A stretch of 64,000 nucleotides of DNA from an uncultured Spirochaetota bacterium (GCA_963783575.1 CAWAOD010000016.1:64001-128000); one strand, 5' to 3'; positions 44,402 to 53,672 are shown, counted from the first letter of the stretch. Numbers and translations: made by a program. The notes: a model not told the origin generated them from the sequence alone.

Positions 44402-46251
44402 GATTTTGCTGAAAAATGTAGAGGGCAATCATCGCTATTTATATAGATACGTGTTATAATATTAATAATAATTTACAAATGAGGACTTATATGTCTTTAC
44501 CAAAAGAAAAAGAAGAAAGTCTCTATTCGGCACATATAGTGATGAAAGATTTCCTGAAGCCTTCCGATCCAATGCAAGTGTTCAGTAAAGAGCTTTTCCC
44601 AATATTTAATAACGAGCCTTTTAAAGATTGTTATTCAGACGTTGGAAGAAATTGCAGATCACCTTCATTCCTTGCTATGGTAACATTACTTCAATGGAAA
44701 GAATCACTGTCCGACGATGAAACGGTAAAAGCCGTTAACACAAGACTTGACTGGAAAATTGGCCTGCATCTTGAAGTTGCCGCTAAGGATATCTTTGAAG
44801 CCAGCACACTTTGCGTATTCAGGAAAAGACTTATAGAAAACGATAAAATGTGCATCATATTTGACACTCTATTAAATCAAATCAAGAAAAAGGGTTTCAT
44901 TAGAGACCATGCCAAGCAAAGGATTGATGCGACTCATGTTGTAAAGCATTTAAACAGAATATCCACTACTGATCTTCTGTTTCGGGCAGTAAAATGGGTT
45001 GTTATAGAGATAGGAAAAATTGACCCTGAATATTATAACAAGATGATTCCGGATGATATACAGGAACGTTACAGTAAAGATTTCAGTTCCTTCGGATTAT
45101 CAAAAGAAAAACGGGGAGACAGGCAGGCAGAGATTGTTGAAGACGGTTTCAGGATTAAGAGGGGCATTATGGATAATCCGGCAGAAAGCCTTAAAGAATT
45201 GAGGCAATTAGAGATTATGGAAACTATTTTTTCTGAGAATGTGATCATCCGGACAAAGGAAGTGGGGAATAAAGAATTCATTGAAGTGGAAGAAATAGTA
45301 ACCCCGAAGCAAACGATTTTCACGCCTGACGATCCGACATTGAAACTGGGCAAAAAGGGTAAAACAAGTTGGGTAGGAGAAAAGTGCCATGTTGTTGAAA
45401 CCGCGGAGAAAGGGGAAATCAATTTTATAGTCGGTATGATACAACAGCCTGCGAATGAGAATGATAATAAAATTCTTCCTAAGCTCAAAGAGATGAATGA
45501 TGAAAGGGGCTTGAAGCCTGATAAGACATATGCAGATACAAATTATTTAAGCGGAACGGCAATAAGGGAATTCGAAGAACGTGGAGAAAATCTGATGGGT
45601 TATGTACAGAAAGACACTTCATTAAAGCCAAAGAATTTTAAATTAGAAAATTTCAAGATTGATATGAAAAACCTGACAGCTACCTGTCCGAAGGGCGTTA
45701 GAAGTGAAAGACATAAAAAAAATGGTGATAATGCTTATTGTATAATATTTCCAAAGAATGAATGTATGGCCTGCGCCTTCTTCAAAGATTGTGTAGCCGG
45801 AAGGGAAAAGATGCGCATAATAAGAGTCGGGATGGATTACGATCATTTGAGAAAACGGAGGGAAGAACAAAAAACCGCTAAATTTAAAAGCGAAATGAGT
45901 GTAAGGGCGCAGGTAGAAGGCACAATCAGCGAATCGGTAAGATTTCATGGACTCAGGAAAATAAAATATAAAGGAACAGAAGGCAGACAATTCCAGTATT
46001 TAATGACAGGGGCAGCGGTGAACTTCAAAAGATATATTAAGAAAATATTGTCATTACAACAAAAGTTGCCAATATCTGAAGGAATATTGGCTTAATAGAG
46101 TAACATAGAGGGTATAATGCTCAAAGAATCCGGGGAAAAAGAGGTAAATAATGACGTAAGGCAAAATTGATCTGTGTCTTAGGTAAAAATTAAAAAATAT
46201 TTAAAATTTGGAAAAGACGGTTGTTTTTTTACATTATTTTTCAGCAAAATC
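44402..46251 (+). mobile_element. Complete IS1182-family insertion sequence (1850 bp)
   Basis: 16 bp perfect TIR gattttgctgaaaaat; 6 bp direct repeat atccgt at 44396-44401 and 46252-46257. Confidence 0.9.
44479..46095 (+). CDS. IS1182-family DDE transposase
   Basis: LSD..T...RLDWK, RIDATHV, YADTNY, CP..C..C...C, R..VEGTISE. Confidence 0.9.
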   Translation: MRTYMSLPKEKEESLYSAHIVMKDFLKPSDPMQVFSKELFPIFNNEPFKDCYSDVGRNCRSPSFLAMVTLLQWKESLSDDETVKAVNTRLDWKIGLHLEVAAKDIFEASTLCVFRKRLIENDKMCIIFDTLLNQIKKKGFIRDHAKQRIDATHVVKHLNRISTTDLLFRAVKWVVIEIGKIDPEYYNKMIPDDIQERYSKDFSSFGLSKEKRGDRQAEIVEDGFRIKRGIMDNPAESLKELRQLEIMETIFSENVIIRTKEVGNKEFIEVEEIVTPKQTIFTPDDPTLKLGKKGKTSWVGEKCHVVETAEKGEINFIVGMIQQPANENDNKILPKLKEMNDERGLKPDKTYADTNYLSGTAIREFEERGENLMGYVQKDTSLKPKNFKLENFKIDMKNLTATCPKGVRSERHKKNGDNAYCIIFPKNECMACAFFKDCVAGREKMRIIRVGMDYDHLRKRREEQKTAKFKSEMSVRAQVEGTISESVRFHGLRKIKYKGTEGRQFQYLMTGAAVNFKRYIKKILSLQQKLPISEGILA

Positions 46252-46692
46252 ATCCGTGCGGCCTATCTCTGTGAGTGTGTTTCGCCTCCGCTTTACTTTC
46301 CGAAAGCCTTTTAAAAAAGAACAGCCGGGATTTAAAAAAAACGATTCTTTTATTATTATCAATAATCTGAAATTACCGGTTCTTTTCGATTATTGGACGG
46401 CTGTTGGGTGGAGATTTTGCTAAAAACTCATTTGTAAACTAAATTCTGGTGCAGGTTTATTTGATTCTCTTAGCTATTCCTTTCATTTTTTTGTTAATTC
46501 AATAACATTCTTCATTTTTTCATCCTCAGTCAGGTTTTCGAAAGGCAAAATTATCTAAGATAATTTGAACCGGTTTTAATAAATCAATGTCTTTAATTTC
46601 TTCTTTTCCGGATAGTTTGGCAATAATGTTGAGATTATCCTGCAGTTTCTTTATTTTATAAAGATATTCCGACTTAAGGATTTTGTATTCAT

Positions 46693-46965
46693 TTAAATTT
46701 CTTCATATATTTTATTTACCAGAACTTCATCTCCGGATTTCTTAATTTGACTTCCGATAATCCCGTCATAAATCCAGTTGCATAAAATTTCAACCTCTGA
46801 AATATTGAGTTCTAAAAAGTTTGTTGAATTATTAATTTTTTCAAACAATATCTGAAGTTCCGGTAAAATAAAATCATCAGAATCAAAATGATCGGATTTT
46901 AATTTTTTATTAACAAGCTCAATTAACCGGAACTTCTCCATTTGTGAAATATTCAGCTTAACCAT
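46693..46965 (-). CDS. Hypothetical protein, possibly the degenerate distal cassette
   Basis: 90 aa low-GC ORF next to a half attC-like repeat, same orientation as the array. Confidence 0.5.
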   Translation of the reverse strand: MVKLNISQMEKFRLIELVNKKLKSDHFDSDDFILPELQILFEKINNSTNFLELNISEVEILCNWIYDGIIGSQIKKSGDEVLVNKIYEEI

Positions 46966-46993
46966 AAAATACTCTCTTTAATTATAGTGTTAA

Positions 46994-47100
46994 AAAAACG
47001 GGCGAACCCGAGGAGCGCAGGAAAAACTTTTTCTTCTTCTCCGTTACGCCCTGAAAAGTTTTTTCGAGCACCGGAGCGATATAGCCGCTTATAGGTGAAG
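46994..47100 (-). repeat. Truncated attC-like site (one half of the long type)
   Basis: Near-identical to 54730-54825 (aaaaacgggcgaacccgaggagcgcagg...tatagccgct); other arm missing and GTT degenerate. Confidence 0.7.
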
Positions 47101-47118
47101 TTGGCCAGTCATTAATAA

Positions 47119-47391
47119 TCAGCTTATACTGATATGTAAATTCTTTCCTATTGCTTTTGCAAACTTCTCTAAAGTTGAAATCTTAATATCCTGAGCGTGA
47201 TTCTCAATTCTTGATATGACACTTTTTGTTGTTTTAAGTTTTGAAGCAATTTGTTCCTGGGTTAATCCGGAATTCATCCTTGCTTCTTTCAATAAATAGC
47301 CTATTTTAAACTCATCATATCCTTCCCAAAGTAATTTCTCGGCTTCAGGATTATTTTTATATCTTTCTTTGATATAGTCATTAAATTTCAT
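47119..47391 (-). CDS. XRE/HTH antitoxin (HigA-like), cassette gene
   Basis: LKEARMNSGLTQEQIASKL.TTKSVISRIEN; directly follows a toxin-like gene. Confidence 0.85.
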   Translation of the reverse strand: MKFNDYIKERYKNNPEAEKLLWEGYDEFKIGYLLKEARMNSGLTQEQIASKLKTTKSVISRIENHAQDIKISTLEKFAKAIGKNLHISIS

Positions 47392-47727
47392 TTATTTTCT
47401 CCTCAAATAATCTTTCTTTAATGCTTCTGCTAATTCAATTTCTTTTTTTGGTGTTTTTTGAGTTTTCTTTTGAAAACCATTTGTAAGTAATATAATATTA
47501 TTTTTATACAAAAAGCTTAATATTCGATCCTGAATCAATAATTATTTCCCAAATATCATCAGTATCAGGAAGTTTTTTAAAGTAGTTTGATGGAATGATA
47601 GATAATTCGCCTATGAGTCTTAAAACCCAGGAAACCTTTTAAAATCACGCTCCTTTAAACCATCTAAAAATGTTTGAACAGGAATTTTCCCATTTTCGGA
47701 TTCATAAAATTCAATTTCTCTTTTCAT
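47392..47727 (-). pseudogene. RelE/HigB (Gp49-like) toxin, inactivated by two frameshifts; absent from the ORF track
   Basis: Manual translation MKREIEFYESENGKIPVQTFL / VSWVLRLI...DDIWEI / LLTNGFQKKTQKTPKKEIELAE. Confidence 0.8.
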
Positions 47728-47734
47728 GATTTAC

Positions 47735-47763
47735 ATGTTAGCAAATATGCTTACCTCTGTCAA
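47735..47763 (-). promoter_or_regulatory. TA cassette promoter with internal operator-like palindrome
   Basis: TTGACA-N17-TAACAT; gtaagca-tatt-tgctaac between the boxes; ATG 7 nt downstream of the -10. Confidence 0.7.
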
Positions 47764-47798
47764 ATTATTGATAGCATTTATTTAGCCTGGCCAATTAC

Positions 47799-48139
47799 GT
47801 AGAACTCTGCGGCTATGCGAAGCCCGCAAGCCTTAGCGCCAGCCCTGCGCACTTAGGCTTGCAACTGTGGTGAGTCCGTAAACAATGACCTTTATTTTAT
47901 TTATCATCATAGTCAATTTGTACTCCTTTCTCTTTTTACAAAATCAAAAACGGGCGAACCCGAGGAGCGCCTGGAGCTGCTGCAGTGAGGACGCACCGCA
48001 GCAAGCCGAGGAGCGGAACGCCTATGCGTGGAGTCTATCGAAAAAGCACGTTTCTAAAAATTTTCTTTTTGGGAAATATGGAGTTAAAACGAATAAATTG
48101 ATAAAAATCAGGGTTTTGCGACAGGCTCCATGGTTGTAT
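47799..48139 (-). repeat. Long attC-like site containing a MITE
   Basis: gtagaac...gttgtat ends; first ~170 bp highly similar to 54582-54753; nested hairpins. Confidence 0.75.
48031..48128. mobile_element. Degenerate MITE (98 bp) with IS1182-like ends
   Basis: gagtctatcgaaaaa / ttttgcgacaggctc (12/15 inverted match); flanks cgtg/catg. Confidence 0.55.
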
Positions 48140-48161
48140 GAAGATGCCGCAAAATTTTGTT

Positions 48162-48881
48162 TTACTCTTTTTTTATAAATTCAATTAAATCGCCAATAAC
48201 AAAAGTATGCTTACCTTTACTAGCTATTTTTGAAATTGTTTCTAACCACTGTAAATATTTAATGTTGTCATCTTTCAACATAATTTCAGAAGCATTTTTT
48301 AAAGAACGTGCAGCAGCAACTTGTGTTCTTGCATTTTCTAAATCAGATTTAGCTCTAATAATTGATTCTAAATATTTTGAAAAAACATCTTGGATATCTT
48401 TTGGAAAATTTATGTCTTTTATAGCTACTCTCTCAATTTTCACACCATATTTATCCATAGATTTTTGAATAGATTCAATAACATTAATAAATAATTCATC
48501 TTTTTTATCATTTAATTCTAAACTTTTCACTTTAGCAATGAATTTTCTAATTTCAATTTGTGAAATATTATGTATAAATTGTTCAAGTTCAGCAATAATT
48601 TCATTATTAGTTTTGCTTAAATCAAGGTTTTTAATTGCTATTTCCGAATTTATCATTATATATGTTATTATATATGAAAATCTTAAAGAAATATTATCAT
48701 TAGTTATAACCTCTTGATTTGTAACTAGCAATAATTTCTCTGTTAATGGAAAGGAAATTAATTTATATTTTTTTGAATTTCCAAAAATAATGTAATATCC
48801 TGATGGTAATTTCTTTAAATATTTATTCTTAAAGAATAAATGTCCTTCATTATTTGGTTCAACATTAAATTTTATAAACAT
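48162..48881 (-). CDS. Soluble SPFH/slipin family protein, cassette gene
   Basis: QEVITNDN..LR, IKDINFP, ARTQVAAARSLKNA, LQWLET; RBS ggagga; no TM. Confidence 0.85.
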   Translation of the reverse strand: MFIKFNVEPNNEGHLFFKNKYLKKLPSGYYIIFGNSKKYKLISFPLTEKLLLVTNQEVITNDNISLRFSYIITYIMINSEIAIKNLDLSKTNNEIIAELEQFIHNISQIEIRKFIAKVKSLELNDKKDELFINVIESIQKSMDKYGVKIERVAIKDINFPKDIQDVFSKYLESIIRAKSDLENARTQVAAARSLKNASEIMLKDDNIKYLQWLETISKIASKGKHTFVIGDLIEFIKKE

Positions 48882-48904
48882 AAAATCCTCCTTCAATTTT
48901 AAAA

Positions 48905-49127
48905 GGTAATGGCACTGCAAATTACGGAGTATAAATTAATTTGAGAAATTTCTCAAAGGTATCTTTTATACCACAAAGTAATATGCAGCTATGTCATAGA
49001 CATTGCCATTACCAGTGCCATAACGGTGGCGCCGTTCCACCAATTCGGAGGGGAATCGAACCCCTAATCTACACCCGCAATACCCTGTATGTGTAGATCA
49101 AATTTATACAGGTGGCGGTTAAAAGCC
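48905..49127 (-). ncRNA. Candidate structured RNA (T-arm-containing tRNA/Y-RNA-like domain plus a long hairpin) upstream of the SPFH gene
   Basis: Minus strand aggggTTCGATTcccct T-arm, atctacac/gtgtagat stem, ccacc/ggtgg closing stem; 109 nt hairpin at 48905-49013. Confidence 0.5.
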
Positions 49128-49180
49128 ATTTTGTAAAAATTCGTACAACTGTGCGGCTATACGAAGTTGCCCGAAGCCTA

Positions 49181-50871
49181 CAGACTGTGTGAAAACTCAG
49201 TAAAATTTTATAGTAAAATCGATTAATTATACAAAAACTCCATTTTTTGATATATTTTTCAAGCTAAAAAAATCTTAGTTTCAAAAATCTATCCGAATAC
49301 GATAAACGATGGTTTATTAGCATCAAACCAGAGTCATAAGTCTCTTTATTCCCAATATATTCAATACTTTTATTAAATTATGAATGAATCCTGCCAAACT
49401 GGATTCCGTCAGAACGCCATCCTTTCCCTTCATTAAAAAATAACTGTAACCCATATTCCTTTTTATCGATCCAAATGGATGTTCACATATCTCTTTCCTT
49501 TTCTCTATGATCTTTTTCCCGGCTTCAGAACGAATTTTCCTCTTGAAGTTCTCAATTTCTTCTTTTCTAACTGGTACTTTGATACTTCGTCCTTCCACGC
49601 TTTCAGTACACTTATTTCTTACTTCACATTGGCTGCATAAGCCGCACTTGTACCTGACTATCTCTTTTCCTCCATTGACCTTCTCTACTTTTTTCCCATT
49701 TCTCACTAATGGGTTTCCCTCCGGACAATAATAAACATTTTGTCCCGGATCATATTTGAATTTATCAACCTGGTATTCTTCAGCAGGTACTCCTTTATTA
49801 TCTTCTTTGCCTCGAATCCTTGCCTTATGTCCGTCATCCGGATTCGGCATATATACGTTATGTCCCTTATCTATACATTCCAGTATCTGCGGTTCGCTGT
49901 AATAACCGGCATCCGATACTTTGACCGTTTCAGTCTCTACCTTAAGCTCGTCCTTTATTTCTTCTACTCGGTCACACATTCCTGCCATCTGTTTGATATC
50001 ATTGTTTTCATTCGTCACATCAATCACCACAATCAGTTTATTCGCATCATCTACTGCCATCTGCAGATTATATGCAATGTCGGATTTCCCTTTATCATTC
50101 ATAAACCGGCTTTCCGGGTCATTTGAATAATATTTCTCCATTTCAGGATTTCCCTCAAAAATCTTTTTAATAGCCTCAACTTTATCCTTTTTTGTTTTCA
50201 TTTTCTTTAAACGTTCCGCTATCTTTCCGGAAAGAAATTCAAATTCATTCTTTTCTTCCTTATCGTTCTTATCCATCTCATTCAAATATTCTTCGATCTT
50301 TTGATCTATTCTATGTATGATTTCTTCTATGTTTTTCCTATGATAAACATTGTTATTGTGGTTTTGCGCACTGATCTTGGTTCCATCAATTCCAACAACG
50401 TCAAATGATAAAAGCCCGGCTTTATGACATATCTTCAAAAATTCTCTGAATATCGACTGTATTCCCTTCTTATTATCTTTCCTGAAGTCGGCAATCGTCT
50501 TGAAATCCGGCGCTAGTCGTCCAGTCAGCCACATCAACTCTGTGTTTCTTCGGCACTCTCTCTCTAATTTCCTGCTTGTCCTGATTTTATTCAAATATCC
50601 GTAAATATAGATTTTTAAAAGTATTTCGGATTTATATGAACTTCTGCCGGTTGATGCTTCTTTTACTTTAAAACCAACTCCTTTCATATTTAGCTTATCA
50701 ACAAAAATATCTATAAACCTTACCGGATCTTCTTCTCCTAACAGATCTTCCAGTGTTTCATTGAACAGAACTATCTGATCCCTTGATTCTCCCTCAATAT
50801 GCTTCATCTTTTACTCCGATTATTTTTGTTCTAATAATTATAGCATATTTACTGTGTTTTCACACAGTCTG
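49181..50871 (-). mobile_element. Complete IS1182-family insertion sequence (1691 bp)
   Basis: TIR cagactgtgtgaaaac(t/a)cagtaaa 23/24; 3 bp direct repeat cta. Confidence 0.9.
49323..50807 (-). CDS. IS1182-family transposase
   Basis: LLKIYIYGY...SRKLE, PDFKTIADFRK, IDGTK, DAGY, EHPFG.IK. Confidence 0.92.
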   Translation of the reverse strand: MKHIEGESRDQIVLFNETLEDLLGEEDPVRFIDIFVDKLNMKGVGFKVKEASTGRSSYKSEILLKIYIYGYLNKIRTSRKLERECRRNTELMWLTGRLAPDFKTIADFRKDNKKGIQSIFREFLKICHKAGLLSFDVVGIDGTKISAQNHNNNVYHRKNIEEIIHRIDQKIEEYLNEMDKNDKEEKNEFEFLSGKIAERLKKMKTKKDKVEAIKKIFEGNPEMEKYYSNDPESRFMNDKGKSDIAYNLQMAVDDANKLIVVIDVTNENNDIKQMAGMCDRVEEIKDELKVETETVKVSDAGYYSEPQILECIDKGHNVYMPNPDDGHKARIRGKEDNKGVPAEEYQVDKFKYDPGQNVYYCPEGNPLVRNGKKVEKVNGGKEIVRYKCGLCSQCEVRNKCTESVEGRSIKVPVRKEEIENFKRKIRSEAGKKIIEKRKEICEHPFGSIKRNMGYSYFLMKGKDGVLTESSLAGFIHNLIKVLNILGIKRLMTLV

Positions 50872-50960
50872 CTAGCGCAGGGCAATTTGGGAGAGGGCGG
50901 TACTCCGCCGGAACCCGCTACCGGCCGTTGTGTGAAGTGCTTGGGGCGTATTTTCATTCA

Positions 50961-51908
50961 TTAACATATTTTAATTGCTACTCCTCCTTTTTTATTCCCT
51001 TCCTCAACATATTTATGCGCTTCTACAATTCTTTCAAGAGGATATATTTTATCGATTATAGGTTTAATTTTTCCTTCTTCAATCAATTTTGTTAAAAAAT
51101 CCAACCGCTTTGAATTTAATTTTAAAGCACCATCATCAATTGATACATATTTCCCACTTTCTGCTAAAGCATTTTTACATTCTTCTTTAAGCTTTGATGT
51201 TCTATATTTTCCAACAGAGTCCAAAATGAAATTAAATGTTGTATTTGCTTCTAATGTATCGTTAGTTGTGTAATCAATTGCATAGTCTGCTCCGAGTGAT
51301 TTGATAAAATCAATGTTTTTTCCGCTACAAACACCTGTTACCTTAGCCCCTAAATATTTGCCATATTGTATTGCAATGGTACCGGATGTACCCGAAGCTC
51401 CATAAATTAATATATTTTGGTTTTTTTGGATATTACCCATATCCATATATTGAAGAGCTAAAGAACCCCCATAAACTGCAGATGTAGCTTCTTCAAAAGA
51501 AATGTTTTTTGGTTTAATAGATACACATCCGGTAGTGGAATCTGTTTCTTTAATACAAGTGTATTCGGCATAAGCACCTAGATTAAATCCAGTCATGCCA
51601 TAGACCTCATCTCCTGGTGAAAATCTTTTTATTTTGCTGCCAATTTCTTTTACAACTCCCGAAAAAACAAGACCAATAATAGATTTTCTGGGCTTGAAAA
51701 CACCCATCATTAATCTAAAAGGGATAATTATATGAAATGGTAACTTTGAGCCTCGTATAAAAATATCACTATTTGTTACTGCAGATGCTTTAATATTAAT
51801 TAGTAGTTCATTATCTTTTGGTGCTGGTATTTTTACTTCTGATAGTTGAAGCACCTCTGGTGGTCCATATTTACTGCGAATAATTGCTTTCATTTTATTT
51901 TTATTCAT
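50961..51908 (-). CDS. NAD(P)-dependent quinone oxidoreductase/alcohol dehydrogenase (MDR family), cassette gene
   Basis: YGPPEVL, GAYAEY, IYGASGTSG, LGADYAIDY. Confidence 0.9.
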   Translation of the reverse strand: MNKNKMKAIIRSKYGPPEVLQLSEVKIPAPKDNELLINIKASAVTNSDIFIRGSKLPFHIIIPFRLMMGVFKPRKSIIGLVFSGVVKEIGSKIKRFSPGDEVYGMTGFNLGAYAEYTCIKETDSTTGCVSIKPKNISFEEATSAVYGGSLALQYMDMGNIQKNQNILIYGASGTSGTIAIQYGKYLGAKVTGVCSGKNIDFIKSLGADYAIDYTTNDTLEANTTFNFILDSVGKYRTSKLKEECKNALAESGKYVSIDDGALKLNSKRLDFLTKLIEEGKIKPIIDKIYPLERIVEAHKYVEEGNKKGGVAIKIC

Positions 51909-51955
51909 AAAAAGACTCCTTTCTATATCTTTATTTTAGCCGTGTACGCGCTGTT

Positions 51956-53672
51956 GAGCCTGTAGAAAAAGTCCGTCATTCATGTACAGAATATCGTATA
52001 TACTTTAAAATATATTGGAAATAAAATCAAGAGGTAAAAGCAATTATGGCAAGATATAAGAAAGTTAATTACGATCAAATGGAACTCATACCTGTCTCAT
52101 TCGATGAGCAGATTATACCGGGAACATTCGAATATACATTGAGCTTTCTTGTCGACAATAAAACTGATCTTAAAATCTTTGAGAATAAGTATAAGAACGA
52201 TGCTACCGGTGCCCCGGTTTATAATCCGCGGGTTAGGCTGAAGATAATACTCTACAGCTATTCCCGCGGCATTTTTACATCACGTGAAATCGAATATTTG
52301 AGTAAAACGAATATTATAGCCAAAGCCATTTCCGCCAATTCAATACCGCACTTTACTTCAATCGCCGATTTTGTTTCTTCGATGAAAAATGAGATAAATA
52401 CCGTATTCCTGAATATATTGATGGTTTGTGACGAACTGAATCTCATAGGCGGGGATATGTTCGCGCTGGACGGGTGCAAACTATCGTCAAATGCATCAAA
52501 GGAATGGAGCGGAACATTTAAGGATTTGAAGAAGAAAAAAGAGAAGCTGGAAAACCTGGTTAAGGAAATGCTTGATGAACATGAAAAGCGTGATCAGGAC
52601 GGCGGTTTTCCTGAGAAGGATAAGGAAAAAGATCTGGCACGGATCGAGAAGATTTTAAAGAAAGCTGAAAAGATAGAAAAGTTTCTGGAAAGTGAAAAAC
52701 CCAAAGACAAGGCACGGCATGGTGAAAAGCAGTCCAATGTCACTGACAACGAGAGTGCGAAAATAAAGAGTTCACATGGTGTTATCCAGGGCTACAACGG
52801 ACTTTCTGTAGTGGATTCGAAGTATCAGGTTGTGGTATATCCCGAAGCTTTTGGGAGCGGGTCTGAGGGGGAATTCCTGAAAGGGATGATCCGTAAAGCA
52901 AAAGTAGAATTGGGAAAAGATTTAAAGGATAAAATAATCACCGCGGACACCAATTATTTCAGCGAAAAGAACCTGAAATATATTTCGCAAAACGGTATGA
53001 AACCGGTCATCCCGGATACGAATTTCAGGAAGCGCGATTGCAGGTTTGAAACCGCTGACAGACATAAGCCTGCGAAGAAAGGGCAGTATACAATTGATGA
53101 TTTTCAATATGATCCGGAAAATAATGTTTATATATGCAAGAAAGGAGAGGAACTCCGGTTCAGAAATAACCATACGGTGAATCATATTACATATGCGAAG
53201 TATATCTGCCGGTTATCGGCCTGCCGCGGTTGTAAATTCCGGAAAGACTGCCTGAAAAGAGATACGGTCAGATACCGTACTCTACAAAGGCCATTGAATG
53301 CGGATAACAGACATTACTCGGACGAAATGAGAAAGTTCATAGATACACCTGAAGGCAGAAAGCTTTATGCGAAAAGAATGGCTATAGTTGAGCCTGTATT
53401 CGGGAATATAAGGGCATGTAAAGGTATGGATCGATTTACGCTGAGGGGAAAGGGAAAAGTGAATATTCAATGGGTATTATATAATACTGTGCACAATATC
53501 GGGAAAATTCAGGTCTATGGAGGTATATAATGGCATAGTGATGGAATAAAAGCAGTTTTGCCGGTAAATTCAGCCCGGTTTTATATAAAAAAGTGATTCC
53601 AGACAGATCAAAAAAAACATACTGTTTGGGAATGGAGTATTATTACCTGAAATTAACTTTTTCTACAAGGCC
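51956..53672 (+). mobile_element. Complete IS1182-family insertion sequence (1717 bp) in the GTT of an attC-like remnant
   Basis: TIR gagcctgtagaaaaagt vs ggccttgtagaaaaagt (14/17); gtt duplicated at 51953-51955 and 53673-53675. Confidence 0.88.
52046..53530 (+). CDS. IS1182-family transposase
   Basis: LKIILYSY..G..SREIE, PHFTSIADF, LDGCK, TDNES, ADTNY, VEPVFGNI. Confidence 0.92.
   Translation: MARYKKVNYDQMELIPVSFDEQIIPGTFEYTLSFLVDNKTDLKIFENKYKNDATGAPVYNPRVRLKIILYSYSRGIFTSREIEYLSKTNIIAKAISANSIPHFTSIADFVSSMKNEINTVFLNILMVCDELNLIGGDMFALDGCKLSSNASKEWSGTFKDLKKKKEKLENLVKEMLDEHEKRDQDGGFPEKDKEKDLARIEKILKKAEKIEKFLESEKPKDKARHGEKQSNVTDNESAKIKSSHGVIQGYNGLSVVDSKYQVVVYPEAFGSGSEGEFLKGMIRKAKVELGKDLKDKIITADTNYFSEKNLKYISQNGMKPVIPDTNFRKRDCRFETADRHKPAKKGQYTIDDFQYDPENNVYICKKGEELRFRNNHTVNHITYAKYICRLSACRGCKFRKDCLKRDTVRYRTLQRPLNADNRHYSDEMRKFIDTPEGRKLYAKRMAIVEPVFGNIRACKGMDRFTLRGKGKVNIQWVLYNTVHNIGKIQVYGGI

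Larger units (their letters stand above)
44326..46290. repeat. REP-like palindromic element interrupted by the IS at 44402-46251
   Basis: Outer arms cgaaacacactcac / gtgagtgtgtttcg and inner ggccgc-atccgt-gcggcc rejoin when the IS is removed. Confidence 0.7.
49143..50933 (-). repeat. attC-like site (about 97 bp when rejoined) split by an IS
   Basis: gtacaac-tgtgcggctatacg left arm shared with other sites; gttgtgt end; ttgccc/gggcaa hairpin restored on IS removal. Confidence 0.7.

Noticed and set aside
46208..46423. 71 aa ORF
   Set aside because: Spans the IS right end and REP-like arm; no recognisable product
46424..46692. Possible decayed minus-strand gene following 46693-46965
   Set aside because: ATG at 46692 stops after 13 codons and no family can be recognised
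47885..48178. 97 aa plus-strand ORF
   Set aside because: Runs through the attC-like repeat and MITE; probably spurious
49030..49110. Canonical tRNA gene or tRNA integration site
   Set aside because: Only a T-arm is recognisable; no D-arm, 7 nt anticodon loop or duplicated 3' end. Kept as a candidate ncRNA
48905..49127. Retron msr/msd or DGR template
   Set aside because: No reverse transcriptase in the window and no TR/VR pair with adenine-specific differences
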